A DNA stretch of 64,000 nucleotides from contig CAVTZU010000020.1 in NCBI GenBank assembly GCA_963739305.1, positions 1 through 64,000 on the forward strand, given 5' to 3'. Both the position numbers and the translations under genes were made by a program. This document shows, piece after piece, positions 19,795 through 30,094 of this stretch. This DNA comes from Candidatus Bathyarchaeota archaeon. GTDB lineage: Archaea; Thermoproteota; Bathyarchaeia; Bathyarchaeales; Bathycorpusculaceae. Position 1 is the stretch's first letter, and every line of letters starts with the position of its first letter. The notes beneath the pieces were generated by a model. That model was not told the DNA's origin. It ran no database searches and worked only from the letters and a program-made list of their open reading frames with translations.

Positions 19795-20583
19795 TCAAGG
19801 CATGCCCAAGTTTGATTCTTTCAAACATTCAAGGATTATCGAATGTGGTCTAAGCAGAACTTGCTTGAGAGGCGGATGCTTCTCTAATCCCTTCTTCGTC
19901 GGTTTCGGCTCTAACAACCGTCTAATCAGAAGACTGTTTCTGCTCAGAACATTAGAATAGTCAGTCAAAGTTCGATGGAAACTTGTTGTTACAAACGGCT
20001 TCAACAATCTCTCCATTCTCCATTGAACATGATCCTCGGCCGCTACAAAATACTTCGAATTTGTGCTCATCCTATTCCCGTCTTGTACGATCATTTCGAA
20101 GCACGGATGAGGAATTGAGAACACGAACCGGCCCTTGTTTTTCAGAACCCTCGCAACCTCAGATACGGCTTTCTTGTAATCTTCAATGTCATGCAGAGCC
20201 ATGAAACACGTGACGAGGTCAAAATGATTCTCAGGAAAACAGGAAAGGTCAGCCGCATCTGCTACATGATAGGCTATCCCCATTTTCTCCTTTCTCTCTT
20301 CGCTCCTAGCAAGTTTAATCAGTTTCATAGACAGATCTATGCCAGTAACTCTTGCGCCTTTTCTGGCAAGTATCCTGGTGTTGTATCCTTCGCCGCAAGC
20401 CAAATCAAGGACAACTTGACCTTTCACGTTGCCTATCAATCTGAAAGCGGCAGGGTTGTTGAGTTCATCTCTGTAATAGTCTTTGCCCCGTCTGACGAAG
20501 TCGACCCAAGATTCCGCGGCAGCATCCCACTGCTTCACGACACGATCTCTCTTTTGCACTCCTTGAACCTCTATCCTTCTCAC
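19795..20583 (-). CDS. Class I SAM-dependent methyltransferase
   Basis: VLDLACGEG, FVFSIPHP, FHRTL. Confidence 0.9.
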   Translation of the reverse strand: MRRIEVQGVQKRDRVVKQWDAAAESWVDFVRRGKDYYRDELNNPAAFRLIGNVKGQVVLDLACGEGYNTRILARKGARVTGIDLSMKLIKLARSEERKEKMGIAYHVADAADLSCFPENHFDLVTCFMALHDIEDYKKAVSEVARVLKNKGRFVFSIPHPCFEMIVQDGNRMSTNSKYFVAAEDHVQWRMERLLKPFVTTSFHRTLTDYSNVLSRNSLLIRRLLEPKPTKKGLEKHPPLKQVLLRPHSIILECLKESNLGMP

Positions 20584-20606
20584 TTAGAACATTTAGCAAA
20601 CGCGGT

Positions 20607-21005
20607 CTACTTCTCATCAAAAAGTGGAGCATTCTTCAATTCATTAAGCAAATTCTGCGTTTCAACATTCGTCAATTTGCAGACTTTCTTGGTCTTCAAA
20701 AAGGGAAACTTCACGTCGGCCTCTTTGAGCTCATGCAGCTGCTCCCATTCAACCCTAACGTTGCTGGAAAGATCCTCTTCATCAACCTTCTCGACCCATG
20801 TACCTGGCTCAAAACTCGTTTCATCTGATCCAACGGCCGTGAAAGGCCCTAACAGGGAACCAGAGTCTTCATTCAAAAAGAAAACCACTGAATCCTCTCC
20901 GATGTCCTGCGCGACCTCTGGATCCGCTGGACATGAGAACAATTTGCGTTCGAGGCACTCTTTAAGAGTTGGATCGTCGCAGAGGACAACATACCCAGCA
21001 TACAT
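20607..21005 (-). CDS. DCD-domain (PUA/EVE-like) protein
   Basis: GYVVLCDDPTLKECLERKLF...VFFLNEDSGSLLGPFTA resembles the DCD pattern. Confidence 0.65.
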   Translation of the reverse strand: MYAGYVVLCDDPTLKECLERKLFSCPADPEVAQDIGEDSVVFFLNEDSGSLLGPFTAVGSDETSFEPGTWVEKVDEEDLSSNVRVEWEQLHELKEADVKFPFLKTKKVCKLTNVETQNLLNELKNAPLFDEK

Positions 21006-21166
21006 GTGCTCCCTTATCGCATGCTTGATTAATAAGAATAGCGCAGTGTCTTCAGCTTAAGATTCAATTTAATACTTCTCACAGACTTGAAGCTTACGCA
21101 ACGTTTTTCAAAGCATTCAGGGTAATGCAATAGAATGACCTATGATGAAAGGCAACAGCTCCGGAC

Positions 21167-21749
21167 GTGATAGTTGGACTAGATCTAGCAGGAGTCGCGA
21201 ATCGACCGACAGGATTCTGCGTTCTCACGGAGCTCAGAGCGGACACAGGGCTCGTTTACGAAGATCGAAGAGATAATCCGAAAAACAAGACAGGTCGAAC
21301 CGCAGGTCGTTGCAATTGACGCACCGCTTAGCCTCCCGAAAGGAAGAAAATCGATCGAAGAGAAAACCAGCACGCACCTGCGCGAGTGCGACAAAGAGCT
21401 CCTAAGAAGGAGGATAAAATTCTTCCCTATAACGATCGGCCCTATGAGAAAGCTTACTACCAGAGGCATTGAACTCAAACAGATTCTCGAAGACAGAAAA
21501 ACAAAGGTCATCGAGGTCTTTCCGGGAGGAGCACAGGACATCCTTAACATACCCCGCAAGCAAAGAGGACTAGGTAAGCTTAGAGATGGCTTGGAGAAGC
21601 TTGGAATCAAGGGACTGATCGAAGGTCTGAGTGATCATGAGTTGGACGCTGTGACATGTGCGTATGTCGGGCATCTTTTTCTTAAAGGAAGGTCCTGTGC
21701 CTATGGAACAGGCGACGAAGTCATGGTTATGCCTAAAGACCAGAAATAA
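21167..21749 (+). CDS. DUF429 (RNase H-like) protein, frameshifted near 21265
   Basis: VIVGLDLAG...PTG; the other frame gives VVAIDAPLSLP, LRECD, VIEVFPG, HELDAVTCA. Confidence 0.8.
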
Positions 21750-21974
21750 CCCGCAATCATCGAAATTGCAGCTCATAGGTAATAGAACAATCGGTTTCAG
21801 GATCTAGATCTTTCTTCTAGAAGATAATTCTAGGAAAGCCGCCTCTTCTAACATAGGCAGAGTTTTCTGTCGAGGCAGAGAACGAAATTGTCATGAGGCA
21901 GCTCGTAACTGCTTGGCAAATTCGAGACGTCGAGTTGTATTCAGAGATAGTAATCGTTAAGAAACAGTAAGGTA

Positions 21975-22622
21975 ATGAGTTTCTGTGGAAAGAAGAAAAT
22001 GTTCTGGGAATTTGTCATCACCACGTATGCTGGAGTCTTCTTCCTGATTTTTGCAATGAACGTTGTGCCGGTGCTTATGCCTCCCACGTGGATCGTCTTG
22101 TCCACGCTTTACTTTCTGTTCCCCCAGCAGTTTAGTCTCATCCCTTTGGTTGTCCTAGGTGCCTTCGCCTCTACACTCGGCCGTGTCATCTTGTGCCGCA
22201 TCGGTACGCTTAGTCGACGCATTATGTCTGATGAAAGAAGAAGAAACATGGAAACGGCGGGGAGGGCTCTGAAATCCACCAAGTACGGCGGCTTCGTCAT
22301 GACATTTCTCTATGCCCTGAGCCCTTTGCCGAGCAACGCCTACTTCTTAACGATGGGAACGATGAAGTGTCATTTCTTCAGCATTTTTGTGGGTTTCTGG
22401 CTTGGTCGACTTGTATCTTATAGCATCACTACTGCCGCAGCGAACACAGTGTTCACCTCTCTCGCGGCGGTGTTCATAAACCAGATAATTGCTGTGGCTC
22501 TACTGGATTCTCTTGCATTGGCTGTTATGATCGCGTTCTTGTTTGTCGATTGGGAAAAACTCTTTCATGAAAGACGCCTTGCATTTATTAGACCTCGACT
22601 CTTTCTGCGCAAACCATCATAA
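21975..22622 (+). CDS. DedA/VTT-like membrane protein
   Basis: NVVPVLMPPTW, ALSPLPSN, FWLGR; multiple TMs. Confidence 0.65.
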   Translation: MSFCGKKKMFWEFVITTYAGVFFLIFAMNVVPVLMPPTWIVLSTLYFLFPQQFSLIPLVVLGAFASTLGRVILCRIGTLSRRIMSDERRRNMETAGRALKSTKYGGFVMTFLYALSPLPSNAYFLTMGTMKCHFFSIFVGFWLGRLVSYSITTAAANTVFTSLAAVFINQIIAVALLDSLALAVMIAFLFVDWEKLFHERRLAFIRPRLFLRKPS

Positions 22623-22665
22623 AAGATGGAAAAGCGAAGCTTGCAAAATCGAAACAGCCGAACGA

Positions 22666-23079
22666 TCACTTGTTCTTTTTCAGGTTCTTCTTGAAGTAGT
22701 CTTTCAGCGGTTTCCAGTAGAATTCGTCCCACCCTTCTTTCAGTTCCTCGGCTTGATCCGAAGGAACGTTCGAGTGAACCATCGAGATTTCTGTTCCGTC
22801 CTTCACCTTCTTGAAAGTCAGCTCTAAACGTGAGGGAGGGAAATTTTCTGGCCATTCCGAAGTGACCCACTCTTGAACAATTCTTTTTCCTTCAGTCAAT
22901 TCCAGATTTTTCCCAGAAATGTACTCGTCCCAGGCGGTGAACTTTCCGCCGACTTTTGCGTCAACTGTCGCTTTGCTTCCAGTGAATGCGGAGTGCTTTT
23001 TGGCGTCCATAAAAGCCGCGTACACCTCGGTTGGTGTGACCGGAACGACGATTTTTTGTTTGATTACTTTCTTGTTCAT
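22666..23079 (-). CDS. SRPBCC/AHSA1 domain protein
   Basis: VGGKFTAWD, RIVQEW, GWDEFYW. Confidence 0.88.
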   Translation of the reverse strand: MNKKVIKQKIVVPVTPTEVYAAFMDAKKHSAFTGSKATVDAKVGGKFTAWDEYISGKNLELTEGKRIVQEWVTSEWPENFPPSRLELTFKKVKDGTEISMVHSNVPSDQAEELKEGWDEFYWKPLKDYFKKNLKKNK

Positions 23080-23185
23080 TGTTAGTACGCACGCGCACTA
23101 GCTGGTAGCCATTAAGGCTCCATATTCACAAATCGAAGACTATAGTAATAAGCATTATCTCAAACTCGATTTGTCGGAATAAGGT

Positions 23186-24034
23186 TTATCGATTGATGCT
23201 GAATGTTCCTTGGATTTTCTTGGCTGCGAAAGCGATTGCGAGGATGGCTATGCCCGTAAGAACTATTGTTCCGCCCGGGGCTGAGTTTATAATTAAAGAT
23301 AGCAGGAGCCCAACTGTGACAGTTAGAAGCCCTATAATGGGTGACAGGATAACGGTTTGTCGGAAGGACTTTGCGATTTGAGTGCTCGTTAAGGCTGGCA
23401 AAACCAGAAGTGAGGAGATCAGCAGGATTCCAACTATGGGTATGGCTACGATCACGACGATTCCTGAGAGGACGCTGATTAGGTAGTCGAAGAACCACGT
23501 TCTGATTCCTGCGGCTCGGGCTTGGGTCTCATCAAAAGTCACATAAACGATTTCTTTAAAGAACAGAAACATTATGCCCAAAGTTATCGCGGCTACGACT
23601 GTCGCAATAGTGATTTGACCATAATCTACGAGGAGAACACTTCCAAAGAGCAAACTTTCAAGGCTGACGCCGAATCCTCTGGCAACGCTTATCAAAACGA
23701 TGCCGCCAGCAAGACCAAGTTGAAGAAAAACGGCTACCGCCGCGTCACTTGAGATTCTTGTGGAGCGGATCGCTTTCGTGATTCCTAATGAACCCAACAC
23801 CACAGTTACTCCTGCAACCCACAATGGAATGAAGTTTAGATAGTAACCTAAGGCTATGCCTCCGAAAGCCGTATGGGCCAAGCCGTCTCCGATGAGCGAG
23901 ATTTTCTTCAAAACTATGAATATGCTGAGAACAGAGCTGAGGACTGCGATTATTATGCTAATGATGAAGGCGCGTTGTACGAAGCCTGCTTGAAGCAACG
24001 ACAATAATGAGTCAAGGATGATCATCATGGTCAA
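23186..24034 (-). CDS. znuB: Zn/Mn ABC transporter permease
   Basis: SLIGDGLAHTAFGG, LFGS, FDETQARAAGI. Confidence 0.9.
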   Translation of the reverse strand: MTMMIILDSLLSLLQAGFVQRAFIISIIIAVLSSVLSIFIVLKKISLIGDGLAHTAFGGIALGYYLNFIPLWVAGVTVVLGSLGITKAIRSTRISSDAAVAVFLQLGLAGGIVLISVARGFGVSLESLLFGSVLLVDYGQITIATVVAAITLGIMFLFFKEIVYVTFDETQARAAGIRTWFFDYLISVLSGIVVIVAIPIVGILLISSLLVLPALTSTQIAKSFRQTVILSPIIGLLTVTVGLLLSLIINSAPGGTIVLTGIAILAIAFAAKKIQGTFSINR

Positions 24035-24771
24035 TAATCTCCACTGGGTGATTGTACACTTTGTGAATTTCGGCGCTTGCGTTGAAATCAGCGTTTTCGC
24101 CGCAGAAGAACTGAGATCTGTTTATGCAAAGAACCCTGTTTGCAATCTTCGTTATTACGCCTATGTCGTGAGAGGACAGTATGACAGTTATTCCCTGTCT
24201 CTTTGTTTAACCGGTCCAGTGTGTTGTAGAACTCGGTTTTTGAAGTTGTGTCAACTCCGCTAGTTGGCTCATCTAACAGAAGCAATTTTGGATCAGCAAC
24301 CATGGCTTTAGCAAGAAATACTCGCTGCGACTGCCCGCCTGAAAGCTGCCCAATTTTTCGGTCTTTAAGCTCGAATATCCCAAATAGCTTGAGGACTTCC
24401 TCGACTTTTCGTCTGTCTTTTGCGCCTACGCCATGAAACAGTCCTGCATGTGGAGTTCTGCCCAGCATAACCGTTTCGAAAACGCTGAAAGGCAAGTTTG
24501 CGTCTCTTGCCTGTGCGCTTTGAGGAACATAACCGACGTATTTGAGGTTCTTTGTCAAATCTTCAGTGCCAAGCAACCGCACTGTTCCAGTTGTTGGCTT
24601 TATCAGTCCAAGGATGACTTTTAGGAGCGTTGACTTTCCAGCTCCGTTTGGTCCTATGAGGGCGATTAGGTCTTTTTCATTTACGTCTAAAGTTATGCCG
24701 TCAAGAGCCAGAACTCCGTTAGCATACCTGACGCTGATATCTCGAAGCTCAACAATAGGTTTAGCTGCCAA
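24012..24771 (-). CDS. znuC: Zn/Mn ABC transporter ATPase, frameshift near 24190
   Basis: GPNGAGKS, LSGGQ, LLLDEP; the shifted frame gives ITVILSSHD...IIDHDDHP*. Confidence 0.88.
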
Positions 24772-25709
24772 CGTTATCCAACGCCAACTCTATATTTGAC
24801 ACGGTTTCTTGCATTAAGCTAATATAATCCTTGCCGCGGCTTTCTCCTGAACTGTTAAACCTTCTATGGGATCCATGTGTATTAGTGTGGCGTTGGTTTG
24901 GCTGCTGATTGACTGTGGAATTGCTGGGTTTTCAAGTGATTCATATCCGACGTAAAGGAGATGGTACTGGTGGATGGCGTTGATGACGTTTTGGATATCG
25001 CTTGGGTGTTGGTTCCTCTTGGAAGGGTCCAGAGATTGGAATCTGAGTGAGGTTATATTCTTTAGCGAAGTATGCGAATGCTTCGTGGAACGTTACAAAG
25101 TATCTTGTTTTAACGTTTGGGCTCGTTGTTATGGCGACGATTTGGGAATTGAGAGTGTCAAGTTTGGCTTCGTATACTTGCGCGTTCTGGGTAAAATATT
25201 GGCTGTCGGCGGGGTCAGCTTTGATTAAGCCTTGAAGAATATTGTTGACTTGCTGCTTCGCAAGGATAGGGTCGAGCCAAATGTGCGGGTCAACGGTACG
25301 ATTGCCGCTTTGAAATTGTGGCGCGACTGGAAGAAGCGTGATATTTTGGCTTGTGTCCACTAAAATTAGTTTTGTGTTGCCCGAAGCGCTGACTGCGCTG
25401 GAAAGCCAAGTCTTTTCTAAATCCAGCCCCATTGTAGATTAACACGTCTGCAGTGGCGATATTCTGTATGTCTGATGGGGTGGGTTCAAAATCATGCACA
25501 TCCACGGTCTCCGGTACCAGTATGGAAGCGTTAATCTTGTCGCCGCCTACGTTTTGCGCGAAATCATACAGAGGGTAAAATGTTGCAAGGACTTTCAAAC
25601 CTGAACTTGAAGTGGCGGCGGGGTTATTTGTGAGGTATAAACCCGCGACTATTCCTGCCACAGCTATCATAATTATGACCGCAATTACTGCATATGTTGT
25701 TTTTCGCAT
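24761..25709 (-). CDS. znuA: Zn/Mn ABC transporter substrate-binding protein (about 3 frameshifts)
   Basis: ATFYPL, DVHDFEPTP, YNG, DPHIWL, FHEAF, MDPIEG spread across frames. Confidence 0.85.
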
Positions 25710-25964
25710 ATGTTCACTTCTCGAGAGTCTATACCGAACGCGAGTTATTAAATTTTACGATTTATTTAATAACATCAGCCTTTTTCTAACCTCGACGACG
25801 TTTACGCCACTTATTTTGGCGTCGAAACAAAACAACGCGGACAATCAGAACTAAGTATCTTAGAAACAGCAATCCTTGAAATTACAGTGAGTCTAAGCGA
25901 TGGTAACAGACAATTTATTAAAGAAACATGTTGTTACAATGAGAATGTTGAGGAGGCGAATTAC

Positions 25965-26375
25965 GTGGAAATAATTAGCTTGTCACTTCCTGAGGAATTA
26001 CTCAAAGAGTTAGATGATGTTTTAGGCAAAGAACACTCTGCAACAAGATCCGAAGTGATTAGGCAAGCTGTTCGAAATTACATTTCAGAGTACAATAAGC
26101 TTGACAAAATCAAAGGAAATGTGATTGCCACAATAACGGTTCTTTATGAGAAGACAGAGAAAAATGAAGAATTATTTCAAGTTCAGCATGAATTTGGCGA
26201 TATGATAACAGCCTATCTTCACTCACATTTGACAGAGGCAAATTGTCTAGAGGTTCTGGTAGTCAAAGGGTCTTCACAACGTCTGAAGAATCTCATAGAC
26301 GCACTAAAAGCTAACAAACCTGTAAGACAAATAAAGTTTTCAGTTATGACCGCTGATAAGAAGAAACTCTCTTAG
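25965..26375 (+). CDS. nikR: NikR-family (RHH + ACT) metal-responsive regulator
   Basis: IISLSLP...RSEVIRQAVR, QHEF...HSHL...CLEV; GAGGAGG RBS before GTG. Confidence 0.85.
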   Translation: MEIISLSLPEELLKELDDVLGKEHSATRSEVIRQAVRNYISEYNKLDKIKGNVIATITVLYEKTEKNEELFQVQHEFGDMITAYLHSHLTEANCLEVLVVKGSSQRLKNLIDALKANKPVRQIKFSVMTADKKKLS

Positions 26376-26407
26376 TAAAGCGATCGTGAAATCGCGCTTG
26401 AATTAGG

Positions 26408-26711
26408 TTATTTTTTCTTCTTAGCAATGGCGGAAATCAGGGGGAAAGAAGCCAGAATCACCTCCAAATTGCTTATGGTAAAGAGCACCTGAGGGTTTGG
26501 CACTGCAATAAATGTTGGAGGAATGCTGGTTGTTACGCTCACCTTTAGGTAGAAGGTGTAGATGTCCCGTGAACATTTCAGGAGAAAGCCCAAGGTCAGC
26601 ATTACGATTCCTTGAACCAGATGAAAGACTCCGGCTGCAGCGTTGATGCGCTTCAAATTGGGAAATGAGATGGGCGGCTTAAATTATTTCCTCTCTTTCC
26701 TGGTGGTTCAT
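26408..26711 (-). pseudogene. Heliorhodopsin N-terminal fragment (TM1-TM2)
   Basis: LKRINAAAGVFHLVQG...LFTI...ILASFPLISAIA matches the HeR helix A (HLxQ) to helix B pattern; frameshift near the start and truncation after ISAIA. Confidence 0.7.
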
Positions 26712-26791
26712 TGGCGACGTTTCTGTCGAAAAGCATCAATATGTTTTTGCATTCATGTTGAAAAGAGTACGCGCGCGTCCTTTGAATTGCG

Positions 26792-27043
26792 TTATTTTTT
26801 CTTTTTAGTGTCGACTGTTCTTTTTTGCTTCTGAATCTCAGCTTGACTGTGAACAGGGGCAGAAACAAATTCAAGGTCTGATTCGCTTTTTTCCAGGTCC
26901 AGTAATTTCACGAGGCACTCCAGCCACACTGTGAGTTCATTACACTCCGCTGGTTTGCATAACACGTGGTTTTCCCTGTCGTTCTTCCAGAACATGCAAC
27001 TGAAGCAGGGTACGTCAATCAGAACATCAAGGTTCTTGCGCAT
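26792..27043 (-). CDS. Small Cys-rich protein (putative Fe-S/Zn module)
   Basis: PCFSC...CKPAECNELTVWL. Confidence 0.6.
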   Translation of the reverse strand: MRKNLDVLIDVPCFSCMFWKNDRENHVLCKPAECNELTVWLECLVKLLDLEKSESDLEFVSAPVHSQAEIQKQKRTVDTKKKK

Positions 27044-27164
27044 ACGCCATCTAAGCTAGCAGAAAATCCGTTGTTTGACTTATCATTTATGAATTGCAGA
27101 GTATTATGAAAAGTAGGTATTGGCGCTACACTTTCTCCTTGTCGTTTCGAAAATTGACGTATCT

Positions 27165-27659
27165 TTAGTAGACTGCCAGAATCTCTCCAAAATACAGCGT
27201 ATGGAAATCATCTTTCGCGTAGAACATTTTCTTCACTGGTCCAGGGACCAATTTGGGCTTGACTTCAAGCTTGTGTACAACCTTGCATTCATAGTGAACG
27301 ATGCATTCCTTGATGATTGGAACCTTCAATTTCTTGCCTTTCAAGGCAGTGAGCTTGCACTTCGTTAACTTGTCAACTTCCCTGCCACTTACTCCACCAC
27401 AATAATTGACGATCTTTTCCATCCCATTCGGAGGAACGTTAACGGTAAACTCGCCTGTGTCTTCAATAAACTCGTGAGTGAACCGCGAAGGCCTAACTAA
27501 CACCAAGAAAGCAGGCTTGCGCCACACCACGCCAACAAGACCCCAGCCGATCGTCATCACATTAGTCTTCCCATCTTTCTTGGCACCGACCAACAGCAGG
27601 CCAGGATCTTGGAGCTTCCTCAAGGTTTCTTCACCTAACTTCTCAAACTCGAGGTTCAT
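27165..27659 (-). CDS. Flavin reductase family protein
   Basis: NVMTIGWG, VRPSRFT, SGREVDK, HTLYFGEI. Confidence 0.9.
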   Translation of the reverse strand: MNLEFEKLGEETLRKLQDPGLLLVGAKKDGKTNVMTIGWGLVGVVWRKPAFLVLVRPSRFTHEFIEDTGEFTVNVPPNGMEKIVNYCGGVSGREVDKLTKCKLTALKGKKLKVPIIKECIVHYECKVVHKLEVKPKLVPGPVKKMFYAKDDFHTLYFGEILAVY

Positions 27660-27831
27660 TCAGACCACAGATGACTCAGTAAGAAAAGTTTCCTTAAAAT
27701 GATTTCCCAACATTCTTCGTCGATGTAATGTTGGGCAGATAACTCGAGAAAAGCTTAAGACATGTCATGGAGTTTTAAGGTGAACGACGCGCGAGACCTT
27801 TGGAAAAGAAGCGAATGGTTCCATTTCACGC

Positions 27832-28812
27832 ATGGGAGATGAACTGTTGGAAAGAATACTGATCACGGGTGGCAACGGGTTCATAGGAAGCCATCTCGCG
27901 AAACACTTGCTCAAAAATGGCAACTTCGTAAGAGTGGTCGACCTTAACCCCAACGAGTACATGCAAGAAAAATATTGCAGCGAAGACCTTCGATTAGACT
28001 TGAGAAATTGGACAAATTGTTTGGCTGTGACGGAAGGGATAGACAAGGTTTACAACCTTGCCGCCAACATGGGAGGAATCGGCTTCATAACCGAGGTTGG
28101 CGCTGAGGTGATGCACGACAACATTCTGATAAACATTTACATGCTCGAGGCTTCCAGACGCAACAAAGTGAAACGATACTTCTACAGTTCATCAGCGTGT
28201 GTTTACCCAACGTACAGGCAAACCGACCCTAACGTGAAAGGACTGACCGAAGAAGACGCGTATCCCGCAGATCCGGATAATTTTTACGGTTGGGAGAAAC
28301 TCCTCACAGAGAAAATGTGTGAGGCGTACCAGAGAGATTATGGGTTTAACGTTCGAGTTGCCAGGTATCACAACATCTATGGGCCCGAAGGCACCTACAT
28401 GGGTGGAAGAGAAAAGTCACCGGCAGCCTTGTGCAGAAAGGTGGCTGAAGCCTCAGACCCTGGTGAAATAACGATCTGGGGAGACGGCAAACAAACACGC
28501 TCATACTGCTACATCGATGATTGCGTGCAGGGAACCATAAAGTTGATGAAGTCGGACTATGATAAGCCGATGAACATAGGGTCAGAAAGACTTGTCACCG
28601 TCAACGAGCTTGCTGACATGATCATAAAGGCTTCTGGCAAGAAGATTTTCAAGAAATATGATTTGAATTCACCGCAAGGAGTCAGAGGACGAAACGCCGA
28701 CATCACTCTTGCGAGAAAAGAGCTCGAATGGGAACCGAAAGTCAGTTTGCAAGAGGGGCTAACTAGGACTTATATGTGGATAGAAGGCCAGAGCAAGAAA
28801 AAAGGAAAATAG
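27832..28812 (+). CDS. NAD-dependent epimerase, GDP-mannose 3,5-epimerase-like
   Basis: TGGNGFIG, LAANMGGIGFI, SSACVYP, YGWEK, REKSPAALCRK. Confidence 0.88.
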   Translation: MGDELLERILITGGNGFIGSHLAKHLLKNGNFVRVVDLNPNEYMQEKYCSEDLRLDLRNWTNCLAVTEGIDKVYNLAANMGGIGFITEVGAEVMHDNILINIYMLEASRRNKVKRYFYSSSACVYPTYRQTDPNVKGLTEEDAYPADPDNFYGWEKLLTEKMCEAYQRDYGFNVRVARYHNIYGPEGTYMGGREKSPAALCRKVAEASDPGEITIWGDGKQTRSYCYIDDCVQGTIKLMKSDYDKPMNIGSERLVTVNELADMIIKASGKKIFKKYDLNSPQGVRGRNADITLARKELEWEPKVSLQEGLTRTYMWIEGQSKKKGK

Positions 28813-28850
28813 AGAATCATATCTAAGACAAAGTTCAAATCATTTCGACC

Positions 28851-29573
28851 CTAAATCTCGAACGCGATTTTCTTGACCCTCTTGGCCAGCGCAGTATCAA
28901 GCAATTTTTCAGTGTCACCTATAGCCAATTCTACTTTGGCGTCGTAGGGAACTGCCGCTAGGAACTTCAACCCCAACTTCTCTGTTTGTTGGCGTATATC
29001 GTCAGAGTTGTTCATTTTCATGTTCTCAACGACACCAATGATTGGCAACTTCATCTCTTCCAACAAAGTGGTCAACTTCTTCACCGTCTCAAAGGCGAGC
29101 TGCGAAGGAGCCGTTACTATTAGAAATTCGGTGTTCGGCAAAAACCTGATGAGGTCCAGAGTCACGTCGCCTATTCCAGGCGGCATGTCCAAGATCAAAT
29201 AGTCCAGTTTCCCCCAAATTGTGATCGACAGCAACTCGATTAGGGCGTTCGAGACGTCAGCGCCTCGGAGCGGGGCAGCAAGATCGCCTGAGTAGTAGGT
29301 TATTGACATGTACTTCAAACCATGGACTTCAGGCGGGACAATGCCTTTCTCTTCTTTCGGCTGTATGCCTCCTACACCCAGAATGATGTGGGTTGAGGGG
29401 CTTGTGAAATCCAGGTCGAAAAGTCCCACTTTGCAGCCTTTCCTTGCCAAGGTCAGTGCGAGGGTTGATGCGACAATGCTCTTCCCTACTCCTCCCTTTC
29501 CGCTGGACACCGCGATTATCTTCGTTATTCCTTTCAATCTTTCGTGAATTATACCGGTGCGTGGGTCGGTCAC
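28851..29573 (-). CDS. Mrp/NBP35 family ATPase
   Basis: SGKGGVGKS, DYLILDMPPGIGD, VENM. Confidence 0.9.
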   Translation of the reverse strand: MTDPRTGIIHERLKGITKIIAVSSGKGGVGKSIVASTLALTLARKGCKVGLFDLDFTSPSTHIILGVGGIQPKEEKGIVPPEVHGLKYMSITYYSGDLAAPLRGADVSNALIELLSITIWGKLDYLILDMPPGIGDVTLDLIRFLPNTEFLIVTAPSQLAFETVKKLTTLLEEMKLPIIGVVENMKMNNSDDIRQQTEKLGLKFLAAVPYDAKVELAIGDTEKLLDTALAKRVKKIAFEI

Positions 29574-29974
29574 GCTTGTCTTACTCCTTTGACTGTTTGA
29601 AGCACGATTCCGCGTCCTTCCTGCATCTCGAAGTCAGGGCTGCCGCACCTTGGACATTTGACGTATGTGTGAGCGATCTCCGGAACAAAGTGAATGGCTT
29701 CCAGCTCGTTTTCGTCAATGTTCTTCTTCGTAAAAAACCAAACGTACCCACATTTCCGACATTTTAAGCGTGCTTTCTCGGTCAATAACTCAAACTTTGC
29801 TCTCTTGAATTTTTCAGTCTTGGTCTGTGACAGCGCGAATTTGAGTATTTCTGGTTCGATCATCTGTAGCTCGCCAACTCTTATCGTGACTTTGGTGATT
29901 TCCTTTAGCCGTTCTTTGTCAGCAATCTCAGAAGCAGCGTTGATTATGGCTTCAGCCAAGGCCCACTCGTGCAT
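29570..29974 (-). CDS. hypA: Hydrogenase nickel incorporation protein
   Basis: MHEWALA, CRKC...CPRCGS. Confidence 0.92.
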   Translation of the reverse strand: MHEWALAEAIINAASEIADKERLKEITKVTIRVGELQMIEPEILKFALSQTKTEKFKRAKFELLTEKARLKCRKCGYVWFFTKKNIDENELEAIHFVPEIAHTYVKCPRCGSPDFEMQEGRGIVLQTVKGVRQA

Positions 29975-30094
29975 ACGAAAACCTTCCAAACGCATGATTT
30001 AAGAACCTTGTGCTTCCAGAACAAAACAAGTCATAGGCCAAAGAATCTTTTCACTCCGGATCAAGTTATATAAGACCTTCCCAATGAAAAACTC

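Noticed and set aside
20191-21060. 289-aa plus-strand ORF
   Set aside because: Antisense shadow of the methyltransferase and DCD-like genes; no motifs
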